Position numbers and translations under genes: made by a program. From assembly GCA_964035575.1 (NCBI GenBank), contig OZ037846.1, positions 434,001-498,000 on the forward strand: a stretch of 64,000 bases of DNA, given 5' to 3'. Positions 33,407 through 44,274 of the stretch are shown piece after piece. The stretch is from Rhynchopus sp. YZ270_cl-10 (Eukaryota). Positions within the stretch are counted from its first letter, which is position 1. Every line of letters begins with the position of its first letter. The notes under the pieces were generated by a model. That model had not been told where the DNA came from. It searched no databases and saw only the letters and a list, made by a program, of their open reading frames with translations.

Positions 33407-36400
33407 TCAATGCTGTTTCTTTGTGTAACGGATCATGCTTTCGTTAAGACTTGGTCCAACCACCATTGTGGTGTAGTCCGGCACTGGCACGTCCCCTTTC
33501 ACCAACTCAATATCGTAGTCGTGCATGATGGTACTGAGGACCACCTGGGTCTGGAGGAGACCAAACTTTCCTCCAAGGCATTTGTGCGCTCCTCCACCAA
33601 ACGCCACGAAGTCGAACTGTCCAGCACCTTCACTGCGGTCACAGAAGCGGGAAGGATCAAATGTGTCTGCCTTTTCAAAGACGTCCTCGCACCTCATGCT
33701 GGCCAGGGGAGAGACCGCGAGGGTGTCTCCAACGGGTACTGTGTACTCTCCGATCTTCAGCGGCTGGCATACTTCTCTCATCAGCATGATCAACGGCGGG
33801 TGCAGGCGCAGCACCTCCTTGACAATCGACTCCGTGTAGTGCATTTCCATAAGCCCATCGTAGTCGATCTCCGCATCGTCACCTTCACCGTTGGAATAGG
33901 TTTTGAACTCCTCTTCATGGCGCGCCTTCATCTCTTTGTACTGCGGGCTGGAGAGGTACGCGACGGACCATGTAGTGGTGATGAGGGAGGTGTGCTGTCC
34001 TGCGAAGAGAACGCCAAGCATGATCCCGACACGCTCCTCCTCCGTCATAGGGGTGCCGTCGCGGTAGACAGCCTGAAGAAGCGCTTCGACAATGCCGTTG
34101 GGGTCGCGGTCACCCTCAACTTCCATCTGCTTGCGTTGGCGTGCAAGAATGTCGAGGGCAATCTGTTCGAACTCCTTCCTCGCCTTGCGCTGGCGGAATA
34201 GCCCGAAGGAAGGCAGCCAGTGGATGAAGACCGCAACGGGGTTGATCCCAGACTCAATCTCGCAGAGAAGTTGCGCAAAACGTTCGGGGGAGGTGCCCGC
34301 GAGGGATTCTGTTCCGAAGAGACACATGGCGGCAGTGGAGATGAGAAGGGAGCCCATCGAGTCGAGGAGGTTCACGGTACCAGAGTTGCCCCAGTGCTCG
34401 TCAAGGTAGAGACGGACCTATGGGGTGGTGGGTTGGTACAACGTTCTTCTTTTGCGCTCTTATTTTTGGTTTTTTTTTGGACCCAAAGGTGGCTTTTTAG
34501 TTTACTTTTTATATTCTCTATGATATATTGGGGTGTCCCGGGCACGGCGTAATTCAGGTGTAATGGGGCGTAATGGGGTGTAATGGAGTGTAATGGAGGG
34601 AATTTAAACTTTTTGCTTTTTTTGCGTTTTCCCCCCGTTTTCCCAACAGGAAAAGTCCAAAAAAGGTGACAACAATTTTTTTTTTGGCGAGTGGAGCAAA
34701 AAAAATTTGCCTGGCTGACCATTGCCGAAGGAATTTTGCACTTTTGACCACCACAGATTACACGTTGTTTTACGATTTTTTCTATGCACTTATGTACTGG
34801 GAAGCATGCCACCGGTGTTAAATTTTTACTGGCGTGGCTACATAACCGATTCCCCATGTTTCTACCGTGTTTCTACACAGTACACAGTACACAGTACACA
34901 GTACACAGTACACAGTACACAGTACACAGTACACAGTACACAGTACACAGTACACAGTACACAGTACACAGTACACAGTACACAGTACACAGTACACAGT
35001 ACACAGTACACAGTACACAGTACACAGTACACAGTACACAGTACACAGTACACAGTACACAGTACACAGTACACAGTACACAGTACACAGTACACAGTAC
35101 ACAGTACACAGTACACAGTACACAGTACACAGTACACAGTACACAGTACACAGTACACAGTACACAGTACACAGTACACAGTACACAGTACACAGTACAC
35201 AGTACACAGTACACAGTACACAGTACACAGTACACAGTACACAGTACACAGTACACAGTACACAGTACACAGTACACAGTACACAGTACACAGTACACAG
35301 TACACAGTACACAGTACACAGTACACAGTACACAGTACACAGTACACAGTACACAGTACACAGTACACAGTACACAGTACACAGTACACAGTACACAGTA
35401 CACAGTACACAGTACACAGTACACAGTACACAGTACACAGTACACAGTACACAGTACACAGTACACAGTACACAGTACACAGTACACAGTACACAGTACA
35501 CAGTACACAGTACACAGTACACAGTACACAGTACACAGTACACAGTACACAGTACACAGTACACAGTACACAGTACACAGTACACAGTACACAGTACACA
35601 GTACACAGTACACAGTACACAGTACACAGTACACAGCACTGTACAAGGCAAAAATGACCAAAACAGCTGATGTTTTGGCCGAATGCCACCCTATCAGGAA
35701 TATTTTCATGTATTCACACAAATTTTTTCTGGCCTCAATACCCCCAAACTACACGATTTTCGGTTCCGGCAAATTTTTGGAGCACCAAATATCGCAAAAA
35801 AATTCAATTTTTTTGGTGTCGTCCGCACATCCCTTTAGTAAAGACCAAAACACCAAGGCGTTGTAATTCATGTGTAATGGGGTGTAATGGGGTGTAAGTG
35901 GGTGTAAGTGGGTGTAATGGGGTGAAAGTGGGTGTAAATCGGTGAAATGGGGTGAAATGGGGTGAAAGTGTGCGTAAGTGGGTGTTAGTGTGGTACCGCC
36001 GGGACACCCCATATATGATAGTCAAATTTTTTGGTGAAAAAGACAACAAAAATTCGCCCATTTTTAATGAGAGTTGCTATTTTTTTTTGAAAACAAATAA
36101 AATACAAACTTAACACTCATCACACGATAAAAACCCATGGGAGAGGTTTGTGGTGAAACGCACAACACCTCGACCTGTTTGGTGAGGAATGGCTCAGCGC
36201 GGTACGTCCCTTGAGGTGACAAAAAAAAATTTCTCCATTGGTTTTTGCAAAACGGGAGGGGGGGGGAAATACCTGTTTCTGTATCATGGGAACGTATCTC
36301 TTCATGTTGTTGAGCGAGAGCTCGTCGGCGACGAATGAGAGCTGTTCACGCATGCGGGCGTGCGTTGCGTCGTAGACCACACCTGGTCCGAAGACGGGCT

Positions 36401-36707
36401 TCATGAAGCGGTACACCTCCTGCGGGGAGAGCACCTCGTTACGGGGCTTGAAGAAGTATTCGTGTGTGTCCCTGTGCGACACAATGGTGACACGCTTCCC
36501 CATAAGCTTCGTCGTCCACACCTTCCCCAGCTGCTTCGTGCCCCCCTCGATGAACGAAAGGAAGTTCACACCAAACGGCACGATGCTTCCGACAAAGGGC
36601 ACCCAAGAGTGCATCAGGGGTGGGGCACCCTCGGGCTTGAAGAAGTTGTATTTAATCACACTGTACAGCCCGAGGGCAAACGCGATTAATAAGATTCCAA
36701 GAAGCAT
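33407..36707 (-). CDS. CYP51: Sterol 14-alpha-demethylase (cytochrome P450 family 51); exons 36707-36273 and 34417-33407, 481 aa
   Basis: N-terminal TM anchor; PRNEVLSPQEVYRFMKPVFG, I-helix FAGQHTS, ExLR (KEVLRLHPP), heme motif FGGGAHKCLG; phase-0 GT-AG intron 36272-34418 gives ...MIQKQ|VRLYLDEHWG... Confidence 0.95.
34529..36011. mobile_element. TIR element inside the CYP51 intron, 13-bp TIR TGGGGTGTCCCGG, apparent 5-bp TSD TATAT
   Basis: TIRs at 34529-34541 and 35999-36011; TATAT at 34524-34528 and 36012-36016; GGTGTAATGG subterminal repeats near both ends. Confidence 0.75.
34874..35636. repeat. (TACACAG)109 microsatellite
   Basis: 763 bp of perfect 7-mers. Confidence 0.97.
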
Positions 36708-37783
36708 GGTGAGACAAGAGGCTTCGCGGAGAGGTCAAAAAGAAAGAGTGGGGTGGGTAATGTTCCTGAGATGGGTTAAAAGTAGTAGGTGGTAGGGGAG
36801 GGAAAGGGGGATGATAAAAGGTGTTGAAAAACCAAAAAAAAAAAATGATTGGTTCTCTCCGTATTGGTTCCAGGATCCAACCCTGTGCCCGCGCTCATCA
36901 GAAGGAGCCAGGGCTATTTGTGGGGTGTGGGTGGGGAGAGGGGAAGATGTAAAGTTCAATTTTAAAGAAAATGTTCCTTTATTTTGTTGTAGCGACAGAC
37001 TGAAGCAAAGAGAGGGTGGGAAGGGGGGGAAAAGAACAAATACAAAAACAACGCAGGCAGCCCTAAGACAGACTTATCGAAGAAAAAAAAACTGGGGGAG
37101 AAAAAGGCGGGGGGAAACAAGATGAATGAGCCTTCTGGGCGCATAAATCTTTTATTCTATGGGAAAAAAAATCACTTTGATAGACAGCAATTTTGAGCAA
37201 AGCGAAGAAAAAAAAGTAGAGTTGGAATACAAAAGCCCTCTCATGTCAGTGTACCTTGCTGCATAGTGGACCCCCCCCCAACCTTGCAATGTTCTACATC
37301 TGTTTTCGTGGTTACCTCGGAGAGAGAAAAAAAGAATCCATCCTAAAAACACGTCAGGCTTACTTCATGCAAGGTGGTCTCTCACACAGTTGGGCAACAT
37401 CCATCTCTTCACCACTACCCCAAACAACTGCTTTTCAACACACAAAACGCTGCCAAACGATACCAGGGCAAAAAAAAATATGGGAGGAAAATTTGATATC
37501 GTGCAAACACCTCAAGGCAGATGCAGGCACGTGGTGGTGGTGGGGGGGGAGGAAAACGCTCGTATGATGAATAAGACAATGTTACCCTCTTGTGCATGCA
37601 CATCTGCAAATATGTAGCATTCGGAGTTTCCTTTTTGTTTTGTTGTGTCGGCAAGTGCCTCAGGACCCGCTTGGAGAACCTAGGGTCTGTACTCAATGTT
37701 GGCCGAAGCTTTTTGTACTACGGAAGGTATAGAGGGTTCGTTTCTTTTTTTTTACAGACCAGAACAAAACTAATGAGACAAAA

Positions 37784-38929
37784 CAGGGGGTTATCGTGCG
37801 GTTCGCATTTAGTTGAAATCAACTAAATATTTTTTTGGGAGGGAAAAAAAAAAAAAAAAAAGAGGGGATTTTTGGGCACTTTTGGGGACCCCTCGCCCGA
37901 CCCCCAGATGACTGGAATGATGGAACCTTAAAATTTTTCTGCTCGCTGCGTACCGTACCCCTTATTTTTTTTGCCTGCGGCGCCATTTTCCTTTTTTGCT
38001 CCGCAAAAAAGGGTTTGTTGAGTGACTGTGTGGTGTAAACCAGCATTTTTACACCGTACCCTATTTTTTTTCGCCTGCGGCGCCATTTATTTTTTTTCAT
38101 ACGGCTAAAGAATCGCAGGGTGGCGTTCGCGAAGTTTGACGAATACAAGCGCGTGCGAAGAGTAGTTATGCAGTGGAGAAAGGAATGGAAACCACCAACC
38201 CTGAACAGTACTTGACCTGCCTTTCCCGGGGGGAAAATTTTTTTTATCAACTAAATCAGAGGTTTTTTTTGGGACCGGTTTTTTTGACCTTAGGGGGGGT
38301 GAGGTGTTTTTCGGGTTGCAAAATTTTTCGCGCGCTTCGCGCGCGAAGCCCCTGGAGAAGCTGGTTCGTGGGGGGTTTTTGGAATCAGTCCGCGCTGTGG
38401 TGGGGTCAATTTGACGAAATGGACAAGTTCTTGGCTTTTGGTCAACATCAAGGGCCAAGTGATCCTGCCGACTGAACAAGAAAAGGGGGAAACTGGGTCA
38501 AGGGCTGCCGCGCCGCAGGCGGAAATTTTTAGATGCCGTCCACTTTTTTGAGTTAAGTACCCAGTACCATGTCATACAATTTACAGTAAGCTTGCGCCGC
38601 AGGCGCACGGTACGCTACTTTTATGATTTCGCCCTATCCTTTTTTCTCATTCCTCGTTGGGTTCTACGAGCTCCGTCCGTCAAATTCTAGGAAAACACGC
38701 CACCCTCTAACTCCCATAGATGGTTCTTGGGGCGCGAGAAAGGTATCGGGGGGAGAGTAAGAGAACACCATCAAGATTTTTTTTTATTTTCCAAAAAAAA
38801 ATTTTATTTTCACCCCCCCAAAAGCCGGGAAAAAAATCGTGGGGGGGGGTGAAACCCCCCCCCACCCCCCCCGTAAAAAAACCTCTGAACTAAATCTGAG
38901 AAAATTGCGAATTTGACGATAATGGGCTG
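37784..38929. mobile_element. Outer hAT-like element with imperfect TIR and 8-bp TSD AGACAAAA
   Basis: CAG-N4-TTATCGT-N4-TTCGCA termini; TSD at 37776-37783 and 38930-38937. Confidence 0.7.
38257..38887. mobile_element. Nested hAT-like MITE, TIR CAGAGGTTTTTTT, 8-bp TSD AACTAAAT
   Basis: TSD at 38249-38256 and 38888-38895. Confidence 0.85.
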
Positions 38930-38987
38930 AGACAAAAGCAAAAAAAAAATAAAATAAAAGAGAGAGAGAAAACGCTTTTTGCAAATA

Positions 38988-39087
38988 CCGTATTCGTAAA
39001 AATGTTCGACCGTAAAAAAGGACGAACTTCCAGAAAAATCCTGAAAAGGACGAACTTTATTACGGTCGAACATATTTACGAATACGG
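38988..39087. mobile_element. 100-bp Tc1/mariner-like MITE, ~28-bp TIR, TA TSD
   Basis: TA|CCGTATTCGTAAAAATGTTCGACCGTAA ... TTACGGTCGAACATATTTACGAATACGG|TA. Confidence 0.8.
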
Positions 39088-39581
39088 TAATGAAATCCAA
39101 GTCTTGCGGGTGATTAGTCACGTATCTAAATAGAGTGGGAAAAGCCCGTTATATGAATGATCACATAGACAGACAACACATGGAAAAATCTAAAGGTGTG
39201 TGGGGAAGGGGGAGAAAAAAAAAGAAGGAAAAATTGGGAAATGAGTCGTGTCCCTCTCTTTTGCAACTCTAAAAAAGAAAGTTTGTGAGATGAACCTAGC
39301 ATCTCGTGCTTAGTCTCACCTTGAGATCACAATTGCAAAAATAAAAATAAGGAAAAAAACAAACAAAACATGAGGTTGAAAGATCAATCCTGCCTGACAC
39401 ATCTTGAAGAGATTAAAATATTATTTTCAATCGAAAGATGGAGTTTATCCACCAGTGTCGTCTCCTCTTTTTTTTGCTGTGTCTCTTTTGAAGAGAGAAA
39501 GGGAGGAGTTTTTTGTTGTGTTGTGTCGACAATCACCCTGCTATTGCAGGATCCGTAGGTCGTCCTCAACTCTGTAAAGTA

Positions 39582-40658
39582 CAGGCTATTTCCTAACTCT
39601 GGGGCGTTTTTTCCAAAATTTCGAAAAAGAAATGCAAAAAAAGTGCGGCATTTTTGTGAGGTTTTTTTCCGCCCAAGAGGGCGTTTTGTTGCATTTCCGA
39701 GCCAATCCCGGCTTGTGGTGGGGCATATTCGGAAAAATGGACAAAAATTTAGTGACTTAAATTTTCGCAAAATATGAACCCATACTCGTAAACAAGGGTC
39801 ATTTTCAGGAAAATTCGGAAAATTCCGACATTCGGAAGCAATTTTCCCCCTGAAAAAAACAGTGGGGTTTCAGCTCCAAAACATACCGCGATTGGAATTT
39901 CCGGAATCCGCCCGCGCTGTGGTGGGGTCACTTTGCCGAAATGGACAAATTCTTGGTTTTGGTCAAAATCCATGTAGGGTAAAGAGGGCCAAGGTAAATC
40001 CCACAACCAAATTTTCTCTCCCTGATCCTGACGTCTTGAAACATGAAAATGCCCGAAAACACCGGCATTTGCATTTCCGGAATCCGTGCGTTGTGTGGTG
40101 GGGTCAATTTGCCGAAATGGACAAGTTCTTGGTTTTGGTCAAAATCCGTCAGTGTAAGGTAAAGGGGGCAAGTGTTTGCCTGTAGAAACTGGTAGGGAAC
40201 AAGAAGCGCCGCAGGCGCACGGTACCCAACTTTTTTTTTTGTACCTTTTCTCCACTTTCTTTTGATTGCACGAGCCGATTGCTCTCCACGGTGGGGTCAT
40301 ATGTGTCCAAAAACACTCTAAGGTACTATTATTCTGAAATAAGATTCAATGGTTTCTTAAGGAATCCTCATATCGTGATCTCTGAAAACCCTCGAAAACG
40401 AACCCCGCCGGAGGCGGATTTTTTTTTAACACATGTGCGCAAAAATACTTTTTTCTTGCTTATTTCGCACATTTGGGAGTACGGGACCCCAACATTTTTT
40501 TCCCTGGTCACTTTTTCCCAGACAGAAGTGCCCTACCTACCTTCCCCCTTAGGCGAAAAAAAAGTGCGGCAACCGGGAAAATTTGGTCGGTAAAAAAAGT
40601 GCGGCATTTCCAAAATCTCAAATCCTAAAATCGAAACTCAGATTTAGGAAATAGCCTG
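39582..40658. mobile_element. hAT-like non-autonomous element, 15-bp TIR CAGGCTATTTCCTAA, 8-bp TSD GTAAAGTA
   Basis: TSD at 39574-39581 and 40659-40666; AAAAGTGCGGCA subterminal repeats; carries the inverted copy of the 1032-1445 repeat. Confidence 0.9.
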
Positions 40659-40792
40659 GTAAAGTAGCTTGATTTTTTTTTTTTTTTTTTTTTTTTTTTG
40701 TTTTGCTTTATTGAAAGACGATCTCCACGAGAAACAACAGATGAATTCATAAAGTATACATTCCATTCACAAGAAAGAAAGTGAAGTTGATA

Positions 40793-41657
40793 GCAGGGGA
40801 GGAGCTTGGGGGTTAAATCGGGTCAGATTGACCCGATTTCCTTAGGCCCCATAGAAAAACGGGTCAGGGCAAAAAAAAAAAAAAAAAAACTATAGATTTT
40901 GTGGGGAAAAATCAAAAAAATAGGGTACTCTACTTGTCGCATGAGGGGGTCTGAGAAGGATGAGGAACTGCTATGTGACCCCATCGCGACGAGCACGAAG
41001 CTCAAAGAAGCCAGAGTGACCTCATACGCGCGCTCCACCCCGATCAAACCGAACCCAAGAGGGATGCCGAACTCGACCTAGCCGTTACGTCCCACCTTTG
41101 CGCAAAATAACATGGGATCGACAGACGGGTGCAACCTTATGCGAGGCAAACAAGGGGGCGTTCAGTTTTTTGTACGCGGTTGGAAAAACTGGCACTCCAT
41201 CTGGGTGTGGTGGCAGGTACACTGCCTGAACATACAGTGTGTAACCGCCACCGCTTCTCACCCGGTCATCGACGCCACCTGCACCCTTCTCAAAGACACG
41301 TGCCGGGGTTTTTATAGAGGCCACCAAGTGCAAAACCTCGCCACCGACTACGAAATCAAAAGCGCTTGCTCACCTGAACTGGTGAGGGCCTACGCACACA
41401 TTCCACACCTCCATTGCGCAACCCTACCTTGATGACCTAATCGCCAGTGTCAAGGGCAACATGCATTCCGCGGGGATGGTGCAACACTTGTGTATCATCA
41501 ACGTGTACCATTTTTGTGAAACGCGCCTTCTCATTCTGCATGTGTTTGTCTTCACAAGAGCTTTTCCGCCGAAGGCGGAAAAGCTCGGGACCTGACCCGA
41601 TTTAACAGAATTTGACCCGATTTTGCCCCAAATCCATATTCCAAGCTCCTGCCCTGC
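40793..41657 (+). mobile_element. Internally deleted hAT-family transposon with transposase remnant; 17-bp TIR, 9-bp TSD AAGTTGATA
   Basis: TIR GCAGGG(G/C)AGGAGCTTGG; TSD at 40784-40792 and 41658-41666; ORF 41112-41432 has STDGCNLMRGKQGGVQ...VHCLN, matching the hAT TDGxxxMxG...HC motif. Confidence 0.8.
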
Positions 41658-43544
41658 AAGTTGATAGTGCAACAAAAAAAAAAAAAAGAAGAAAAAAAGG
41701 GGGATAATAGCTGTGGCAAAAGATGTACCCAAGACTAACAGCTCTTTGCATTTTTTTTTCCAATAAAAAAAGGGAGGCGGTGGCGTGGTAGTGGCAGAGT
41801 CGATTCTTTTTTATTGAAAACTTGGTTGCATTAGTGTAGACACCCGAGGATGAACTCCACTATACAAAAACGCTTTTATGTTTGCACCTTGCAGTCGGCT
41901 ATGGACCGGACAGACACAATACACAACATGGGGAGGATATGTTCGAGTAGTAAAGTAAAATCAAAAAAAAAAAAAAAAGGTGAAGTTGATGATGTAAAAC
42001 GGCGTCGTAGCACGACAGGGGTAATTGCACACTTGACACATCAGGGAATGTCAAAAAAAAAAAAAGCCCACCCCACCCCCACGCTACCCCCACCCCTGAG
42101 TGCTGTACTTTGGTTTTCTCGCAAGAAAATTGTAGGCCACCAGCATTTTTTCCTGGGGGAAAAGGGGAGAAAAAAAAGGTAAATTGATGGATGAGCCATG
42201 GCAGACCTCTAAAAGTAAACTTTTTGTTGTGCGAAGGACTGAACCTGCAGAAGCGCTAGAAAGACGAGAGAGGAACAGAAAAAGAAAAAGAAAAATGACT
42301 TGAAATACAAAAAAAAAAGACCCTCTCGTGAACAGTGTACCTTTTTGGTACAAATGACTCGATGCACCGTGGAACCCTAACCATGCACAGTCAAAATATA
42401 GTCGACGGAAGTACCACAGTGGCCTATGGTGTTGCTTTTACTTGTATCACAACGCGGAGAGGAAGGGGGCTGTGAGTCATGAATCAGGTAGGCGGTGAAC
42501 TGTATAAAAAAAAATAAAACAAAAACAGGGCCCACCAGAAAACGTGAGAGAGGGAGAGAGAAAGGAATGCAGGGTGGGAAGAGTTTAAAAAAAAAAAAAC
42601 GTAACAAATTGACTACGTGGTCCAAGAAACGTCGGGAGGGAAGTGAAAAATAATAATAACCTCTGGGGTGGCTGAAGGGAGGGTGATTCGCACTTCTTGC
42701 GCACTTCTTTCAGCCAGACCAAAAACAAAATAAATTCGAGGGCTGACTAGCACTTCTTGCGTACTTTGTGCACCCCCCCATCCAGCTACACCATCCTAGG
42801 TCCCACCTCCGATGTCTGTACTCCCGCCTATGCTTGTTATCACTGTATTCCATTTTCTTTTTTTTTGATAAATTGTTGGAGTTGTGTAATTGCCTCGGGT
42901 TGTGTTGCCACAGTTGACGCAATATCCACTTTCTTTTTTCCGTCGATATCGACAGTACCCTCCCTTAGGGCTGTACTCGATGGTTGGCGCAAAGCCTTTT
43001 CACACTTTTTTGGTTCTTTTCTTTATTTCTTTCATTTTCGTAACAACTTCTTTCCCCCCCGGTACAGTATTCTAAAATAAACTGTATTTTTCTAATTTTG
43101 AACAAAAAAAAAATACAAAAAACAAAAACAAAACGTCTATGAGAGGAACCCAAGCCTCTTGGCGCTAACTTCTACCCTAAAGAAAGGGATAGGGATTGCA
43201 TAGCAGGCACACCTCTGACTGACCCACCTACGATGTCAGCCATTCGGATGAGAGCACAAAAAAATATATCGGTCGATATTGCACCATGTGCGTTAAAAAA
43301 AAAAAATGGGTTTGTACATCATCAACAATATGAATCTGCAAAAGCCTGCATTTCACCACAGTTTGGTATACAGTAGGACAAGTAATATTGGCCACCAAAA
43401 AAGTCGCTAATTGTAAGAACACCCCAAAAAAAAATCTGAAAGAAGAAATATCCCTCTCGGTATACACAAAAAAACCCTTTCCCCCCCATCCCTCCCCTCC
43501 CTTCCCTTCGCGGACTTAGCAAGAAACTTTTTGACAAGATACCC

Positions 43545-43751
<207 letters not shown>

Positions 43752-43924
43752 AAAAAAAAAAAAATACTTGAAATACAAAGTGAAGTTGATAGTGCAAAAC
43801 GCCTCTGGGACGCAGACTGCACTGCCACTCCGCGGGTTATACCCCACGAATACAAAAGCACATGACCAACCCCCAACCCATGCCCTACAATCCATTTCGT
43901 GGTTTTACAATCTGATAATAAAAA

Positions 43925-44248
43925 AAACACTCTACATTTTCTACAGCTGCACCGACGCCGCTCTCCCTGGCATTCCCGCGGCCCCACGCTGCCTTCTCAC
44001 AAAGAACGGTGCATTTGTCGACGGATCAATAATACCCGCCCTGGAAAATCATCTGTCACCCCGGTTGCAGTGACCTGCGATCCTGGAGCAACTTTAGACA
44101 AATCCAATCCTTCGATGGTCTCCGCTTCACTCACCGCCCTTCTCCCTTCGTCTCGGAAGGAGGGCACACCATCTTCAAATGGATCTGCTGGAGTTCGTAT
44201 GGGCTGTCTCCGTGGAGGTCTTGGGGGAGATTTGTTTGGGGTATTCAT
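43925..44248 (-). pseudogene. Tandem partial duplication of the copine 3' end with a ~120-bp internal deletion and frameshift
   Basis: Matches 44255-44375 and 44496-44695 and lacks the segment between them. Confidence 0.85.
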
Positions 44249-44274
44249 CTGATAAAAACACACTTCTACATTTT

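Noticed and set aside
34722..35866. Long ORFs (STQYTVH / CVLCTVY repeats) in all six frames
   Set aside because: Artefact of the stop-free 7-mer satellite inside the CYP51 intron
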